A DNA stretch of 64,000 bases from an uncultured Gemmataceae bacterium (GCA_963750165.1 CAVVPN010000012.1:480001-544000), one strand, 5' to 3'; shown: positions 41,522 through 51,399, counted from the first letter of the stretch. Numbers and translations are program-made. The notes: generated from the sequence alone by a model not told the origin.

Positions 41522-42118
41522 TTATTCCTGCTTTAAGTGTTGGGTTTCCTCGCGCAAGCGGGCCAGCACGCGGCTCCGGGCGACATAAACCGCCCCCGGC
41601 GACATGCCCAGGCGGGCGCCGGCCTCCTTCGCGGCCACGTTGTCCACAGCGGTCAGCCAGAACGCCTGCCAGGTCTGCTCCGACACGTCGCCGCGGACGC
41701 GCTCGGCCGCCCAGGCGAAGACGCCGCGCTCGTACTCCTGGTCCCAGTCGGCGGCACCGTCGGGCGGCGCCGGATGGGCTTCGAGCAAAGCACGGGTGTC
41801 GGAGTCGCCGCTGCCGCGCTCGCGGCGGCGGCGGCTGGTGAGGAAGTTGTACAGTTTGTTGCGGGTCACCGTGTACAGCCAGGCGCGGAAGCCGCCGCGG
41901 CTGCGGTCGTACTGCAGTCGGCCCACCGCAGCCGCGACGGCGCGGAACACATCCTGCATCAGGTCGGCGGCGTCGGCGTCCTGCAGGCCGCGCTTGCGGG
42001 CGAAGCCGTACACCACCGCCGCGTACACCTGCACGAACTGCCGCCACGCCTCCGCGTCCTGGGGGTCGCGGAGGCGCAGCAGTAAACTGAGTCTGGTTAC
42101 GGGTGCTTCGTCGATCAA
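41522..42118 (-). CDS. ECF-type sigma-70 factor
   Basis: TRLSLLLRL, DAADLMQDVF, FRAWL and AVYVARSRVLARLR; TTG start after GGAGG. Confidence 0.9.
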   Translation of the reverse strand: MIDEAPVTRLSLLLRLRDPQDAEAWRQFVQVYAAVVYGFARKRGLQDADAADLMQDVFRAVAAAVGRLQYDRSRGGFRAWLYTVTRNKLYNFLTSRRRRERGSGDSDTRALLEAHPAPPDGAADWDQEYERGVFAWAAERVRGDVSEQTWQAFWLTAVDNVAAKEAGARLGMSPGAVYVARSRVLARLREETQHLKQE

Positions 42119-42220
42119 GGCCCCTCCCCCGTGTATCGAGCCGGGCGTTGCCAACGCTCCCTTTTGAGCATTGTACGGGTTCTCGGCAAGACCCGGCATG
42201 GGGGAAGCGCGTTGGCGGCG

Positions 42221-42976
42221 TCACTGGGCCGTGAAGCCGCCGTCCACCGGCAACGTCTGGCCGGTGACGAACGAGGCCGCGTCGGAGGCCAGCCACAGCA
42301 CCGCCGCCGCCACCTCATCGGCTTTGCCGATGCGGCCAATCGGGTGCATCCCCTCCAGCTGTTTGCGCACGTTCTCGTCGGCGGCGAAACGGCTGAACAT
42401 GTCGGTGTCGATGGCCGCGGGCGCCACGGCGTTGACGCGAATGTTTTTGCGGGCGTACTCCAGCGCCACCGACTTCGTGAAGCCGATGACCGCGTGCTTG
42501 CTGGCGTCGTAGATCGCGGCGCCGGGGAAGCCGATCAGGCCGGCGATGCTGGTGGTGTTGACGATGACGCCGCCGCCCTGCCGCAGCATTTGCCGGACCT
42601 CGTGCAGCATCGACAGCCACAGGCCCTTGACGTTGATGTCGAAGATGGGGTCGAAATCCGCCTCGGTTTTCTCGTGAAAGGCGCCGACCGCCTCTTCGAC
42701 GCCGGCGTTGTTGAAAGCGATGTCAATGCGGCCGAAGCGCTCGACCGCGGCGCGGACGAGGCGGGCGATGTCGGCGTCGCTGCGGACATCCGCCTGAACG
42801 AACAGGCCGGTACCGCCGACGGCCTCGATGCGCCGCACCGTTTCGCGGCCCTCCTCGTCGCGGCGGCCGCTGACGACCACCTTCGCGCCCGCCCTGGCGA
42901 ATGCCACCGCGGTCGCCCGGCCGATGCCCGACGTGCCACCCGTCACCAGCGCCACCCGGTCCTTGAACGTGCTCAT
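42221..42976 (-). CDS. SDR oxidoreductase
   Basis: TGGTSGIG, NNAG, YDASK and VDGG. Confidence 0.92.
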   Translation of the reverse strand: MSTFKDRVALVTGGTSGIGRATAVAFARAGAKVVVSGRRDEEGRETVRRIEAVGGTGLFVQADVRSDADIARLVRAAVERFGRIDIAFNNAGVEEAVGAFHEKTEADFDPIFDINVKGLWLSMLHEVRQMLRQGGGVIVNTTSIAGLIGFPGAAIYDASKHAVIGFTKSVALEYARKNIRVNAVAPAAIDTDMFSRFAADENVRKQLEGMHPIGRIGKADEVAAAVLWLASDAASFVTGQTLPVDGGFTAQ

Positions 42977-43042
42977 GATCGTCTCTCCGTGAAATGAGGT
43001 TGCAATGCGGGCCTGTCATCGTTCGCCGCATTGCTGAAGGGG

Positions 43043-43070
43043 AATACCGCGGCGGCGCGGCGGTCTTACA
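43043..43070 (-). promoter_or_regulatory. Candidate ECF sigma promoter, copy 2
   Basis: TGTAAG-N15-CGGTATT upstream of the SDR-ECF-kinase unit. Confidence 0.6.
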
Positions 43071-43162
43071 TGGAAGCGCCCTGGCGATTCTCGTTCCCGG
43101 TCCGAGCCCGAGCGCCAGCGCGGGGCCAGCGCTGGCCCGAGCGCCAGTCGTGTGCGTCCCAG

Positions 43163-43200
43163 GGGTTATTTCATCTCACGGGGGTGAGATGAAATAACCC
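43163..43200. repeat. Inverted repeat GGGTTATTTCATCTCAC/GTGAGATGAAATAACCC
   Basis: 17-bp perfect stem; core TTTCATCTCAC repeats again at about 43224. Confidence 0.7.
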
Positions 43201-43516
43201 CGTGGTAGCACAGGGGGTTGCCGTTTCATCTCACGTTTCTCACACCCCCCGATTGGCCAGAGGGCGTTCACCCGTGCCGGGGCGTGCCGGCAGGCGCCCG
43301 CCGGCGCCGGTGCGGGTCAGGTTTCACGCGCAAGGCCAGCGACGTGCTGAACGGTGTCGCACTGAGCAGCGGTGAGCGCGATGCAACTGTTGTGGCATGG
43401 TCGGGAGACCATGCCACAACAGGGGGGCCTCACGCGCTACGCCCCGGCGTAAGTGCTTCCGTCACCGCGTCTGCCGCGCCCTGTCCCACGAGATCTGGTC
43501 TTTTCAGAGCCCCAGG

Positions 43517-44857
43517 CTATCCCCGCTCGTGACTCCCGGATGTCCTCGCGGCCAGGACCAAAACGCCGCCGAGCAAGAGCGTCGCTGCCATGATGAGATA
43601 GCCAAGGGTGTAACTGCCGGTCGCCGTTTTGGCCTGGCCGATGATCCGCGGACCTAACAACCCGCCGAGATTGGCGACCGAGTTGATGAGCGCGATGCCG
43701 CCCGCGGCCGCGGGACCGGCCAGGAACGCGGGCGGCAGCGTCCAGAAGGTCGGCAACATCGACTTCATGCCAGTCAAAGTAATGGCCACGCCAATCACGA
43801 AGAGCCAGCGCGTGTCGATGCCCGGAATCGTCACGAAACCGGCGGTGATCAGGGTGATCGTCAACCAACCTACCGCGGCCGTGAACGCGGAACCGGCGAC
43901 GTGCCAGCGGCGTTCGCCGGTGCGGTCGGAGTGGCGGCCGACCAGGGTCATGCCGACGATGGCGATCACGCTCGGGGCCGCGGCCAACAGGCCGATCTGA
44001 AACGGTCTCCAATCGGGAAACTGACTTTTCAGAAAGGTTGGGATGTAGAAGCCATAACTGTTATCGCCCATCGCGGCGGTGAAATAGACGGCGATGAGTA
44101 ACCAGACGCGCGGGTCCACGCTGGCCGCGCGCAGGGAATGACTGCGGCCAAGTGAGAGTTGCGCTTTCTCGTTGTCGATCTGCTGCGTGAGCCAGGTCCG
44201 CTCGGCGGGACTCAGCCAGCGCGCCTGGCCGGGATGATCGGTCAGATAGGCGAGCGTGACGAATCCGAGGGCGACGGCTGGGAGTCCTTCGAGCAGAAAC
44301 ACCCACTGCCAGCCCCAGAGTCCGCCGAACTGGTCCAGGTATTCGAGGATGAACCCCGAAAGGGGATTGCCGACCATTGACGCGATGACACCGCCGATCA
44401 TGAAATTCGCCACGGCACGGGCCCGCACACGCGCGGGAAACCAATCGCTCAGGTAATAGATGATGCCGGGAAAGAAGCCCGCCTCGGCGACGCCGAGCAG
44501 CACGCGCAACACAAAGAAGCTCCACGGCCCGGTCACGAACATCATGGCCGTCGAGATCAGGCCCCAGCTCATGAGGATCCGCGCGATCCAGGCCCGGGCG
44601 CCCGTCCGCAGGAGAATGAGATTGCTGGGCACTTCAAAGAGGAGATAGCCGACATAAAAGATCCCCGCTCCCAGCGAATATGCGTCTTCGTCGAGGATGT
44701 GCTGCTCGTCCACCATCTGCAAGCGCGCGATGCTGATGTTAGTCCGATCAATGAGATTGATGACATAGAGCAAAAACAGAAACGGCAGCAGGCGCAGCGA
44801 CACTTTGCGAAAGATGGCGGCTTCGGTCGGCGGGGGGACTGCCATGATGTTCGACAT
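43517..44857 (-). CDS. MFS transporter, anion:cation symporter family
   Basis: IDRTNI, FEVPSN, AEAGFFPG, WQWVFLLEGLP and GIALINS. Confidence 0.92.
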   Translation of the reverse strand: MSNIMAVPPPTEAAIFRKVSLRLLPFLFLLYVINLIDRTNISIARLQMVDEQHILDEDAYSLGAGIFYVGYLLFEVPSNLILLRTGARAWIARILMSWGLISTAMMFVTGPWSFFVLRVLLGVAEAGFFPGIIYYLSDWFPARVRARAVANFMIGGVIASMVGNPLSGFILEYLDQFGGLWGWQWVFLLEGLPAVALGFVTLAYLTDHPGQARWLSPAERTWLTQQIDNEKAQLSLGRSHSLRAASVDPRVWLLIAVYFTAAMGDNSYGFYIPTFLKSQFPDWRPFQIGLLAAAPSVIAIVGMTLVGRHSDRTGERRWHVAGSAFTAAVGWLTITLITAGFVTIPGIDTRWLFVIGVAITLTGMKSMLPTFWTLPPAFLAGPAAAGGIALINSVANLGGLLGPRIIGQAKTATGSYTLGYLIMAATLLLGGVLVLAARTSGSHERG

Positions 44858-44880
44858 TCGTCGCCCTCGCAGGAAGCAGA

Positions 44881-45663
44881 TCAGAAGTCACGGGCGTACC
44901 CCGCCGTCCAGCCGCCATCGACAGTGAGGATGTGGCCGTTCATGTAACTGTTTTCCGGGTCGGCCAGGAACAGGGCGGCGACGGCGATCTCATCCGTGGT
45001 GGCGGGACGGCCCAGCGGCACATGGTCGAGCATCCGCTGCACGTTATCGCGGAACTTGCCGCCCTCGGCATAGAACAATTGTTTGGTTCCCTCGGTGAGC
45101 GTCGATCCGGGCGCGATGCCGTTGACGAGAATGCCGTGCGGTCCCAGTTCCAACGCCATGGCGCGCGTCAGGTTCACGACCCCGGCCTTGGCGGCCACAA
45201 AGGCGCATTGCAAACGCAGCGGCACCAGGCCGGCAATCGACGCGATGTTGATGATGCGGCCAGCTCTCTGATTGCGCATCACCCGGGCGGCAAAGCGGCT
45301 GACTTCGTACAGGCCCGTCAGATCAACGCTCAAAAGGCGGTCCCATTCCTCACGCGGAAATTGATCGATGGTGACGCGATGAGCGAGCGTATTGACGCCG
45401 GCGTTGTTGACGAGAATGTCGAGGCGGCCGAACTCGGCGACGACCTGGCCGATGACCGCTTCGATCTCGTCGGCGCGCGTGACATCCATGCGCAGGCCCC
45501 TGGCGCCGGCGGATCGCGCGGCCGCTGCTTCGGTCGCGGTCGGATCGAGGTCGGTGTAGACGACGCGGCTACCGTTGGCCGCGAGTCGATCCGCGATGGC
45601 CTGCCCGATGCCGTGCGCCGCTCCGGTAACCAGACTGACCTTGCCCGAGAGATCGCATTTCAT
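44881..45663 (-). CDS. SDR oxidoreductase (catalytic YxxxK appears as FVAAK)
   Basis: TGAAHGIG, NNAG and VDGGW. Confidence 0.88.
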   Translation of the reverse strand: MKCDLSGKVSLVTGAAHGIGQAIADRLAANGSRVVYTDLDPTATEAAAARSAGARGLRMDVTRADEIEAVIGQVVAEFGRLDILVNNAGVNTLAHRVTIDQFPREEWDRLLSVDLTGLYEVSRFAARVMRNQRAGRIINIASIAGLVPLRLQCAFVAAKAGVVNLTRAMALELGPHGILVNGIAPGSTLTEGTKQLFYAEGGKFRDNVQRMLDHVPLGRPATTDEIAVAALFLADPENSYMNGHILTVDGGWTAGYARDF

Positions 45664-46815
45664 GATTCGCCTCGCGGGGGCGGGTTCTCGATGAGGCCGC
45701 GCAACGTTTGCAGAAACCGCGCCGCCGGGGCGCCGTCGGTGATGCGGTGATCGAACGTCAGACTCAGCGTCAGCCGGTCCCGAATGACGATCTGCTCACC
45801 GTCCACGACCGGACAGCGCTGAATGCGGCCGACACCGAGGGCGGCGCATTCGGGCGGGTTGAGGATCGGCGTGAACGCATCAATGCCGAAAGCGCCGAGC
45901 GACGTGACGGTGAATGTCCCACCCTGCAATTCGGCCACGGCGAGCTGGCGCTGGCGGGCGCGCTCGATCAGGTCGCGCGTTTGCGCGGCCAGCTGCGCGA
46001 GACTCAGACGCGGTACGTCGCGCACCACGGGGACCAGCAGGCCGGCGTCGGTGTCCACGGCGATGCCGATGTGGATGCCGTCGGCCAGGACGATGCGATC
46101 GTTCTCCCACCGCGAGTTGAGCACCGGATGTTGCGCGAGCGCGCATGCGCACAGCAGGACCAGGATGTCGGTGTAACTCGGCACTGGCTCGCGCGGCTGC
46201 CTGGAACCGATTGCGCAGGTTGACGAGATGGGTTGCGTCGGTCGTGGTCATGAGCGTGACCGGCGCCGTTGAACGATGGCTGGCCAACATGCGTTCCGCG
46301 ATGATACGGCGGGTCGAAGTGATGGGCGCGGCGGACCGGGCGGCCAGGGCCAGAACATCCCGTTCGCGGATACGGCCGGTGCGACCCGTGCCGGTGGCGT
46401 CCTGCCAGTCGATGCCGAGCGCGGCGGCAGTGCGTCGCGCCCGCGGTGAACTGGCCGGGCTGATCTGCGGCGACCCCTTCACGGCGGCGGTCGGCGTGCT
46501 GGCGGCGGCGACCTGCGGCTCGTCCTGGAGTGGCGGTGTGAGAAACGTGTTTGCGTCGGGGACCGCTTCGCCGGGATGCAGCACGAAGCCAATGACCGAG
46601 CCAACGGCGACGGTTTCGCCCACGCGGGGGCCATTCGCGGGAACGTGGAGGACGCCATCGTCGAGACATTCGATGTCCTCCGTCGCCTTGTCACTCTCAA
46701 GACTGAAGAGCGCTTCGCCGGCGCGAACCGCCGCACCATTGGCCTTGAGCCAGCCGACGAATACGCCCTGCTCCATGTTCCAGCCGAGCCGGGGAACGGT
46801 GATCGGGATCGCCAT
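45660..46815 (-). CDS. Dihydrolipoamide acyltransferase (E2); apparent frameshift near 46185
   Basis: Lipoyl ESDKA, GTGRTGRI binding domain and DHRITDG catalytic motif. Confidence 0.9.
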
Positions 46816-46825
46816 GATATGGGCC

Positions 46826-48811
46826 TCACTCTGCGACGAGAGCGCGGATCGCCTGGGCAATCGCGTCCACGTTGGGGACGACCGCGCTTTCCAGCGGCGG
46901 ACTGTACGGCGTCGGCGTGTGGGCGCCGTTGAGTCGGCGGATCGGGGCGTCAAGGTCGTCGAAACCGCGGTCGCTGATCTGGGCGGCGATTTCCGCGCCG
47001 ACTCCGAACGGGGCGAACGCCTCATCGACGATCAACAGCCGGCCCGTTTTCCGCACCGAGCGGGCAATCGTTTCGACATCGAGCGGCGCCACCGTCCGCG
47101 GATCGATCAGTTCGACCGAGACCCCTTCGTTGGCCAACGTCTCGCAAACCTTCAAGGAACGCGGCACCATGAGCGCGAGTGCCACCACGGTGACATCGGT
47201 GCCCGCGCGCACCACGGCGGCCTGGCCGAACGGCAGCTCGTAATCCTCCTCGGGCACCGGCCCCTTCAGCGATAGCAATTCGCGATGTTCGAGGAACAGG
47301 ACCGGGTCAGCGCAGCGGAGCGCGTGGTGCAGCAGACCCTTGGCGTCATACGGCGTGGACGGGACGACGACGCGCAGCCCGGGAAAATGGGCGAACATCG
47401 GGTAATAATTGCCTGAATGGTGCGTCGCCGCCGAGTGACCGATGCCGATGCAGCCGCGCAGCAGGATCGGCATCGTGAGCCGCCCGTCGCTCATGTACTG
47501 CATCTTGGCGATCTGGTTGATGATCTCACCAACGCCATCAAGGACGAAATCGGCAAACATGAAGTCGATCACGGGACGCGCTCCGGTCATGGCGGCGCCG
47601 CCGCCCAGGCCGACGAAGCCGCGCTCGGCAATGGGTGTGTCGCAGAGCCGCTCGGGGCCGTGGAGGTCGTAGAGCCCCGCGGTGGTCTTGAAATTGCCGC
47701 CGCGTTTGCCGATGCCTTCGCCGAGCACGAAGATACGCGGGTTGTTCGCCATCTCGAACGCCAGCGCCTCAAGCGTGGCTTGCATGTAGCTGAGCTGCCG
47801 GTCGGCAACCGGAGCCGGCGGTGGCGCAACAACGCGAGTCGGTTCGGCGTACACGTGGCTTGCCGCGGTGGACGGCTCGGGCCAGGGACTCGCCTCCGCA
47901 GCGCGCTGCGCTTGCTCGACCTCCGCGGTGACGGCAACCTCAATATCGTTCAGGTCGCTTTCCGATGCAACGGATTGCTCAAGTAGATATTGCTTCAGGC
48001 GGAGGATGGGGCAGCGCGACTTCCACTGGTCTACTTCCTCCCGTGTGCGATAGGAGAAGTCGCCCATGCCTTCCGCATGCGGCCGCGTGCGATAAGTACA
48101 GCATTCAATCAAGGTCGGCCCGTCACCCTCCCGGGCGCGACGAATGGCTTCTCCGGCTACTTCATGAATCGCTAACACATCATTGGCGTCATCGATCTGG
48201 AGACCGCGCATGCCGTAGGCGTGGGCGCGGCCCGCCACCGTGGGGTTGCCCGCGGCGTAGCGAAACGGCACCTCGGTGGCGTACTGGTTGTTCTCGCACA
48301 CAAACAGCACCGGCAACTTCCAGATACTGGCGAGGTTGAGTCCTTCGTGAAACGCGCCGTTGTTCACGGCCCCGTCGCCGAAGAACGCCACGGCCACCCG
48401 GTCGCTCTTCAGGAGCTTGAAGCTGTAACCGGCCCCGGCAGCCTGGAGAATACACGGGCCGACGATGCCGCTGGTGCCCATCAGGCCAACTTCCGGCGCA
48501 AACAGGTGCATGCTGCCGCCGCGGCCGCGCGAACAGCCCGTCGCCCGGCCGTAAAGCTCCGCGATCAACTGCTCCGGCGGAACTCCCTTCGCCAGGGCAT
48601 GCCCGTGTCCGCGGTGTGTGCTGAAGACGGCGTCATCCGTGCGCAGGTGCGTGCAGACACCGACGGCAATGGCTTCCTGGCCGATGTAGGTGTGACACGC
48701 GCCGTGGATCAGGCCGCGCTGATGGGAGCGGACCAGTTGCTCCTCGCAGCGGCGAATGAGCAGCATCCGGCGGTACAAACTCAACAGGTGGTCCTTGACC
48801 AGGTTGCTCAC
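46826..48811 (-). CDS. Fused E1 alpha/beta TPP-dependent dehydrogenase (pyruvate/acetoin dehydrogenase-like)
   Basis: GQEA, THRGHGH, GDGA..N TPP motif, DTPIAE and ATHHS. Confidence 0.92.
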   Translation of the reverse strand: MSNLVKDHLLSLYRRMLLIRRCEEQLVRSHQRGLIHGACHTYIGQEAIAVGVCTHLRTDDAVFSTHRGHGHALAKGVPPEQLIAELYGRATGCSRGRGGSMHLFAPEVGLMGTSGIVGPCILQAAGAGYSFKLLKSDRVAVAFFGDGAVNNGAFHEGLNLASIWKLPVLFVCENNQYATEVPFRYAAGNPTVAGRAHAYGMRGLQIDDANDVLAIHEVAGEAIRRAREGDGPTLIECCTYRTRPHAEGMGDFSYRTREEVDQWKSRCPILRLKQYLLEQSVASESDLNDIEVAVTAEVEQAQRAAEASPWPEPSTAASHVYAEPTRVVAPPPAPVADRQLSYMQATLEALAFEMANNPRIFVLGEGIGKRGGNFKTTAGLYDLHGPERLCDTPIAERGFVGLGGGAAMTGARPVIDFMFADFVLDGVGEIINQIAKMQYMSDGRLTMPILLRGCIGIGHSAATHHSGNYYPMFAHFPGLRVVVPSTPYDAKGLLHHALRCADPVLFLEHRELLSLKGPVPEEDYELPFGQAAVVRAGTDVTVVALALMVPRSLKVCETLANEGVSVELIDPRTVAPLDVETIARSVRKTGRLLIVDEAFAPFGVGAEIAAQISDRGFDDLDAPIRRLNGAHTPTPYSPPLESAVVPNVDAIAQAIRALVAE

Positions 48812-48936
48812 ACGGCGGCCTTTCACGGAAATGTGCCGGGCGAGGAGGACGGGCAGACCGAGGATCGTCCTCGGTGAGTGCGGAGGACACCCCGGTGCGC
48901 CGCTCGCGGCAGGGGCAGTCGATTTGTCGTAAGTAT

Positions 48937-49010
48937 TACGCCCGGCAGGATTTGAACCTGCAACCTATGGTTCCGAAGACCATTGCTCTATCCAGTTGAG
49001 CTACGGGCGC
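48937..49010 (-). tRNA. tRNA-Arg(TCG)
   Basis: GCGCCCG/CGGGCGT acceptor stem, TAGCTCAACTGGATAGAGC D-arm, ATGGT-CTTCGGA-ACCAT anticodon arm, GGTTCAAATCC. Confidence 0.95.
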
Positions 49011-49450
49011 TCGTTCCCTGCAATCTTGTAGTAACCGCGTTGGCGTGCTGTTTTCCGCCGGTGACAGTTAGCGCACCGGACTTCATATTTCTCAATCTCC
49101 CTTTCAATCGTCTCCCATTCGTGTGTCTTGACCAGGACGGAAATCGCCTTCTTCTTGCCGCCACGAACGTGATCGAACTCCAGGCAAACCACGTCGGATT
49201 CACCCCAATCCACACAGGGATGCTGGTCGAGGTAATCCAGCAGGTTCTTCTGGTTGGTGCGCTTTACTGCCAGCTTGCGTTTCCGCGCCTTGCGGAGGTA
49301 GTAATCGGTGTTCCGTTCATAGTGGGATTTTAACTGGAGGCGCGTGCAAACCTGGCAGTACCGCTGCCGAAGCCCCTTGGACTTCACTCGAAAGTTAAAC
49401 TCGGTGACGCCTTTCTCCAGTCCGCAACCGGCACAGATCTTCACTTCCAT
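49001..49450 (-). CDS. HNH-type Zn endonuclease-like protein overlapping tRNA 5' end
   Basis: CAGC..CQVC N-terminal Zn motif; PCVDW, LEFDHV and RCANCHRRKT. Confidence 0.75.
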   Translation of the reverse strand: MEVKICAGCGLEKGVTEFNFRVKSKGLRQRYCQVCTRLQLKSHYERNTDYYLRKARKRKLAVKRTNQKNLLDYLDQHPCVDWGESDVVCLEFDHVRGGKKKAISVLVKTHEWETIEREIEKYEVRCANCHRRKTARQRGYYKIAGNERP

Positions 49451-49499
49451 CGCCGATTCCCTCCGGTTGCTTCCAGTCGGGCAATTCCATTTCCTCAGT

Positions 49500-49952
49500 C
49501 TACCCAATCGCCGCCGCCTGGCAAGCGACCGCGGTCGCCAGGGCCGCCTCACCGACCTCCACATGAAACAGCGCCGCGTTGCCCTTGGCGCGCACCGGCT
49601 CCTGCAAGCGCCGCGGGTTCGTCAGCACCCAGCACCAGTTCTCCGGGTCCGTCATCGCGAACGGGTGCAGCCGCAGTTCCGCCGGCAGATCCTGGTGCCG
49701 GCACACCGTCACCAGCTCGACGACGCCGAGCACGAAGCCGCACGGCGGCACACCGCGGTCGCGCCAGCCCGGCAGCAACCGGTCGCGCTCCGCGTCGCTC
49801 AGGCCCTCCCACGTCTCCAGACTCGTGCTGCTGTGGATGGCCAGGCGGCCGCGGTGGCGAGTCTTCCAGCTGCGGTTCTCCACACGCTTGCGGCCCGACA
49901 GGATCAGCTCCACCCACGGCTGGCGGATCGACAGGCACTTCAACTGCGGCAC
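49500..49952 (-). CDS. ASCH domain protein
   Basis: LSIRQPW...GRKRVENR.W...RG.LAIH; GTG start after GGAGG. Confidence 0.88.
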   Translation of the reverse strand: MPQLKCLSIRQPWVELILSGRKRVENRSWKTRHRGRLAIHSSTSLETWEGLSDAERDRLLPGWRDRGVPPCGFVLGVVELVTVCRHQDLPAELRLHPFAMTDPENWCWVLTNPRRLQEPVRAKGNAALFHVEVGEAALATAVACQAAAIG

Positions 49953-50089
49953 GACCGGCCTCCGTGTTTGATGAAGGTTTCGCGACGCCGGCACCTTCGC
50001 CTTTTCCGGGCCGCCTGGTTTCGCTATGAATTATCTGTGGAAGCCGCCCCCGGCACAACCGGATTTCCCCCCACCAGAAAGGCCCCACC

Positions 50090-51301
50090 TTGTCTGTCGC
50101 AACCCTGGCCGAACCTCCATTGACCGGCGCGGCCGCCGCCCCTCGCTGGCTGCGGCCGCGCCTGTCGCTGCTGATGTTCCTGCTCTACGCGGTCCCCGGC
50201 TCCTGGCTGCCGCTGTTCAGCATCTACCTCCAGCACCTCCGCTTCACGCCGCTGCAAATCGGCTGGTGCTTCGCCACCTACGCCCTGGGCAGCCTGGCCG
50301 CGCCGCTGCTCGCTGGCCAACTCGCCGACCGCTGGCTACCGGCCGAGCGCTGCGTCGCCCTGTTCGGCCTGATCGCCGGCGTGCTGCTCTGGCTGCTGCC
50401 GGGCACCACCGACCCGCTGGCCGTCTTCCTGCTCACGCTCGCCGCCTGGCTCGTGTTCGTGCCCGCTATTACCCTGTGCGCCTCGCTCAGCTTCGCCCAG
50501 TTGCCCAACCCCGAACGCGACTACGGGGGCGTCCGTCTCTGGGGGACGGCCGGCTGGCTGCTGCCCTGCCTGGGCTTCGGCTTTTGGTTCACCGTCCCCG
50601 GCCGCGACCTCGCCGACACCTTCCGCCTGGCCGGCGTCCTGGCGTTCGCCCTGGCCGGCTACGCCCTGACGCTGCCGACCACACCGCCGCTGCCGCGCCC
50701 CGCGTCCGCCTTCCTGGCGCCGCTGGCGGCCCTGCGGCTGTTCCGCGACCGCTCCTTCGCCGTCTACTGTGCCGCGTCGCTGGGGTTGTACATCACCATC
50801 GCCTTCGGCGCGCAGTTGAACCCGCTGCTGCTGAAGCAACTCGGCTTCGACCTGAGCGTGGTTGCACCGCTTTTGACGCTGCCGCAGTGGGTGGAGATCG
50901 CGACGCTGACGCTGCTGCCGATGTGCCTGTTACGGCTGGGGCAGCGCGGCACCATGCTGCTGGGCATGATGGCGTGGGTGCTGGCGCTGGCGGGGCTGAC
51001 GCTCGGTCAGCCAGTCTGGCTGGCGGTGGCGGCGCTGGGCGGCTACGGTGTCTGCGTCCCGTGCTTTCTGGTGGCGGGCCAGCTGTTCGTCAACCGCAGT
51101 GCCGCCGGCGATGTGCGTGCCAGCGCTCAGGGACTGCTGACGTTCGGCAATGGCATCGGCCAGTTGATCGGCAACGTGCTGGTCGGGGCGGTGCGGCAGG
51201 CGTTCGACGGCGCCTTCGTGCCGACCTACGCGACGGCGCTGGCGCTGGGCGGCGTGCTGTTGTTGACGTTCCTGATCGGCTTCCGCGAGCGCGGCCGCTA
51301 A
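50090..51301 (+). CDS. MFS transporter, nucleoside:H+ symporter-like
   Basis: GQLADRW, VRLWGTAGW, LPTTPP and RASAQGL. Confidence 0.85.
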   Translation: MSVATLAEPPLTGAAAAPRWLRPRLSLLMFLLYAVPGSWLPLFSIYLQHLRFTPLQIGWCFATYALGSLAAPLLAGQLADRWLPAERCVALFGLIAGVLLWLLPGTTDPLAVFLLTLAAWLVFVPAITLCASLSFAQLPNPERDYGGVRLWGTAGWLLPCLGFGFWFTVPGRDLADTFRLAGVLAFALAGYALTLPTTPPLPRPASAFLAPLAALRLFRDRSFAVYCAASLGLYITIAFGAQLNPLLLKQLGFDLSVVAPLLTLPQWVEIATLTLLPMCLLRLGQRGTMLLGMMAWVLALAGLTLGQPVWLAVAALGGYGVCVPCFLVAGQLFVNRSAAGDVRASAQGLLTFGNGIGQLIGNVLVGAVRQAFDGAFVPTYATALALGGVLLLTFLIGFRERGR

Positions 51302-51399
51302 GAAGCGCTCTTGCCAAAACGGCGGAAACTTGGTTCTTTTACGGCCGGCCCCGGGAAGGGGCGCCGCACGGACGTAGTCTCAAGCCAGGAAGGTGAACC

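Noticed and set aside
43438..43455. TACGCCCCGGC as an att duplicate of the tRNA-Arg 3' end
   Set aside because: Only about 10 nt with an indel, and no integrase; compatible with chance
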